A stretch of DNA of 64,000 nt from an uncultured bacterium (GTDB lineage: Bacteria; Fidelibacterota; Marinisomatia; SCGC-AAA003-L08; JACNLC01). The notes under the pieces are model-generated. The model had not been told where the DNA came from. It did not search any database and was given only the letters and a program-made list of their open reading frames with translations. Shown piece by piece: positions 61,543 through 64,000 of this stretch; the first letter of the stretch is position 1; every line of letters starts with the position of its first letter. Location: the NCBI GenBank assembly GCA_964607375.1, contig CAZSJY010000001.1:766-64765 (forward strand). The letters are read 5' to 3'. A program made the translations under genes and the position numbers.

Positions 61543-62518
61543 AATTACCAGAGGAGAAGCTTGCGAAAGCATACACATCGTGCATGCTGTTGTAGTTAAC
61601 GAAAGGCAGGAAATCATATTTTCAGCTGGTAATCCTGAATTTTTGACCTGTGCCAGGTCATCCATTAAACCTTTTCAAGCGTCAGCATCAATTTTGTTAG
61701 GAGCAACAGAACATTTTGGATTTTCAGAGGACGAACTCGCCCTTATGTGTGCATCACATAGCGGTCAAGACATTCATGTAAAAACAGCTAAATCTATGGC
61801 AAACAAAATGGGCATTAACAGTAGATATTATGAATGCGGAAGCCACCCACCATATCACGCTGCAACCAGACACAGAATAATTAGAACATCCGAAATACCG
61901 ACAAACTTCCACAACAACTGTTCAGGTAAACACTCTGGGATGTTGGCATTGTCGTTGTTTCTAAAAGCTCAAACAAAAAATTACACGAAACAAAACCATC
62001 CTGCTCAAAAAGAAATTTTAAAGCAAATTGAGAAAATATCAAATTTTTCAATTTCAATTTTAAGCATAGATGGATGTAGTGCCCCAACCCCATTTCTTCC
62101 ATTAAGCAAAATAGCGACTATGTTTCAAAAACTGGGGAGCAAAAAATATCCTGAACTAGAGAAACTGTATAATGCTATGACAAACTACCCCTTTCTTGTT
62201 GGAGGCACAGATAGGTTTGACACTGACTACATAAAAGCAATGAAAGGAAGGTCTATAACAAAAATTGGAGGAGAAGCAATTAGGGGGGGCTCAATGAAAA
62301 CTGAAAAGTATGGAAATATAGGTATAGCGCTAAAGGTACAAGATGGCAACAAAAGAGCTCTTGATCCATCACTAATAGAAATACTAAAACACCTTGATAT
62401 TATTTCTCCTAATGAAATTGAACAACTTAAGATATATGAAACTCCTTCTATTTATAATCATAGAAAAATTGAAATTGGCAAGGTAATTCCAGAAATTGTG
62501 AAGGAAAAATATGATTAA
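61523..62518 (+). CDS. Asparaginase II family (PF06089-like) protein
   Basis: TRGEACESIHIVHAVVV...ARSSIKPFQA...CASHSG...NNCSGKH pattern typical of the family. Confidence 0.65.
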   Translation: MMKILCRITRGEACESIHIVHAVVVNERQEIIFSAGNPEFLTCARSSIKPFQASASILLGATEHFGFSEDELALMCASHSGQDIHVKTAKSMANKMGINSRYYECGSHPPYHAATRHRIIRTSEIPTNFHNNCSGKHSGMLALSLFLKAQTKNYTKQNHPAQKEILKQIEKISNFSISILSIDGCSAPTPFLPLSKIATMFQKLGSKKYPELEKLYNAMTNYPFLVGGTDRFDTDYIKAMKGRSITKIGGEAIRGGSMKTEKYGNIGIALKVQDGNKRALDPSLIEILKHLDIISPNEIEQLKIYETPSIYNHRKIEIGKVIPEIVKEKYD

Positions 62519-63125
62519 TTCAAAACACAAAAACAAAACACTAGAAACGATATTTTCTCGTCATAGCATAAGAAACTTTTTAGACAAGCCCGTGGATAAA
62601 GACTTAATCCACACAATATTACAAGCAGCCAACCAAGCACCCTCCGCACATAACTCACAATCTTGGAGGTTTATTCAAATAAATGGAGAGAAGAAGAAAG
62701 AATTAGTTGAGTTAATTAATCAAACAGCTTCCCAATTTCCACGCACTTCATCCGCATTGTTGAGAATGTCCTCACGAAGCATAACATCAGCACCGACAGT
62801 TATCGCAGTAACAAACACGGGGGAACTTGTACAACACGGACAAAAAATGTTTAAAATAAGCGAGAAAAAGGCATACGACTTTTTCAGAACCATGGAAATT
62901 CAAAATTCAGCAGCAGCAGTAGAAAATATGATGATAGCGGCAACATCTCTTGGACTTGGTACAGTATGGCTTGGTATTTTGTTTTTAATCAAAAGAGAAA
63001 TTTTAGAATTTCTCGGGGAACCTGACGGAGAATTTATGGCAGTTATTCCTGTTGGATTTCCAAAAAGAGAACCCAAAAGCCCAAAAAAACGAGACCTTGA
63101 CATTATTGCTAAAGAATTAAGCTAA
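62511..63125 (+). CDS. Nitroreductase-family flavoprotein
   Basis: RHSIRNFLDKPV...ILQAANQAPSAHNSQSWRF, ...LGLGTVWLG. Confidence 0.85.
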   Translation: MINSKHKNKTLETIFSRHSIRNFLDKPVDKDLIHTILQAANQAPSAHNSQSWRFIQINGEKKKELVELINQTASQFPRTSSALLRMSSRSITSAPTVIAVTNTGELVQHGQKMFKISEKKAYDFFRTMEIQNSAAAVENMMIAATSLGLGTVWLGILFLIKREILEFLGEPDGEFMAVIPVGFPKREPKSPKKRDLDIIAKELS

Positions 63126-63152
63126 ATCTAACAACCGTTAAACATGTAAATT

Positions 63153-64000
63153 ATGACTATGGATGATTTATTTAAAAAATTGAATAGACTAAAAAAAGAG
63201 CGTAATGCTGTAGTGTTGGCTCACTATTACCAAGATGATGACATTCAAGATGTTGCTGATTTTATGGGCGACAGCCTTGCGCTTGCACAACAAGCACAAA
63301 GAACTGAAGCAGAAGTAATATTATTTTGTGGAGTTCATTTTATGGCAGAAACAGCCAAAATATTAAATCCAACAAAAACTGTTTTAATTCCAGACATCGA
63401 GGCAGGCTGTTCTCTTGCAGACAGCGTTAAAACAGATTCCTTTAAACTGTGGCGCGAGAAATATTCAGACCACAAAGTAATATCGTACATAAATTGCACA
63501 GCAGAGACAAAGGCAATGTCTGATGTAATTTGCACTTCATCTAACGCAGAAACAGTAGTCAATAGCTTTCCAAAAAACCAAAAACTAATTTTTGCACCAG
63601 ATAAATATCTTGGATCATATTTAAACAAAAAATTAGATAAAAACATGAAACTCTGGAACGGCTCATGCCAAGTTCATGAAATATTTTCTGAGAAAGAAAT
63701 CGTTAAATTAAAAGAAAGGCACAACGATGCGAAAGTGCTAGCACATCCAGAGTGTCCTGAACCAATTTTAAACCATGCTGACTATGTGGGTTCTACAACA
63801 GGTATTATTAAATTTTCATACAAAGACAGTGCAACAACATTTATTGTAGCAACTGAACCTGGTGTAATTCACCAAATGGAGAAAACTTCTCCAAGCAAAA
63901 CATTCATTCCAGCACCAAGCACTGACGGATGTGCATGCAATATTTGTTCACACATGAAACTCAATACGATAGAGAAAATGGTAAACGCATTAGAAACTAT
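63153..64000 (+). CDS. nadA: Quinolinate synthase NadA (3' end outside window)
   Basis: ORF missing from the track because it runs off the window: MTMDDLFKKLNRLKKERNAVVLAHYYQDDDIQDVADFMGDSLALAQQA...ILFCGVHFMAETAKILNP...PECP. Confidence 0.9.
   Translation, partial: MTMDDLFKKLNRLKKERNAVVLAHYYQDDDIQDVADFMGDSLALAQQAQRTEAEVILFCGVHFMAETAKILNPTKTVLIPDIEAGCSLADSVKTDSFKLWREKYSDHKVISYINCTAETKAMSDVICTSSNAETVVNSFPKNQKLIFAPDKYLGSYLNKKLDKNMKLWNGSCQVHEIFSEKEIVKLKERHNDAKVLAHPECPEPILNHADYVGSTTGIIKFSYKDSATTFIVATEPGVIHQMEKTSPSKTFIPAPSTDGCACNICSHMKLNTIEKMVNALET

Overview
AT-rich (about one-third G+C by eye), gene-dense bacterial chromosomal window. I count about 55 protein genes and one tRNA. I found no rRNA, CRISPR array, transposase, integrase or phage gene. 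Most of the content is housekeeping: tig-clpP-clpX, tRNA-Leu, csp, pcm, glyQS, topA, birA-coaX, trxA, rpmH-rnpA-yidD-yidC-mnmE-mnmG-mfd, dnaN-recF-DUF721-gyrB-gyrA, yggS and nadA. Type-A T9SS C-terminal sorting domains, PorV/PorQ-family barrels and a CarboxypepD_reg-type TonB-dependent receptor point to an FCB-superphylum lineage; this is inference and I cannot name the taxon. Three things stand out. (1) A four-gene minus-strand operon (22.5-32.7 kb) joins a giant TonB-dependent barrel, two large orphan T9SS-sorted proteins and a private PorV-like barrel. A lamin-tail-domain protein and a second PorV/PorQ-like barrel lie next to it. (2) Codon third-position composition changes abruptly. The rnpA-to-surA block (41.3-52.7 kb) is strongly T/G-ending and the dnaN-onward block is strongly A/C-ending, although both are on the plus strand. 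The switch falls in the 292-bp AT-rich spacer upstream of dnaN, and dnaA is absent from this locus. (3) There are several small redox and sensor modules: Rrf2 plus hemerythrin, trxA plus ECF sigma plus soluble ZAS anti-sigma plus a NifX-like protein, and DUF438 plus DUF1858. There is also a 1354-aa repeat-rich T9SS protease. I did not recognise any defence system or mobile element. All functional calls come from reading motifs by eye, not from database searches.
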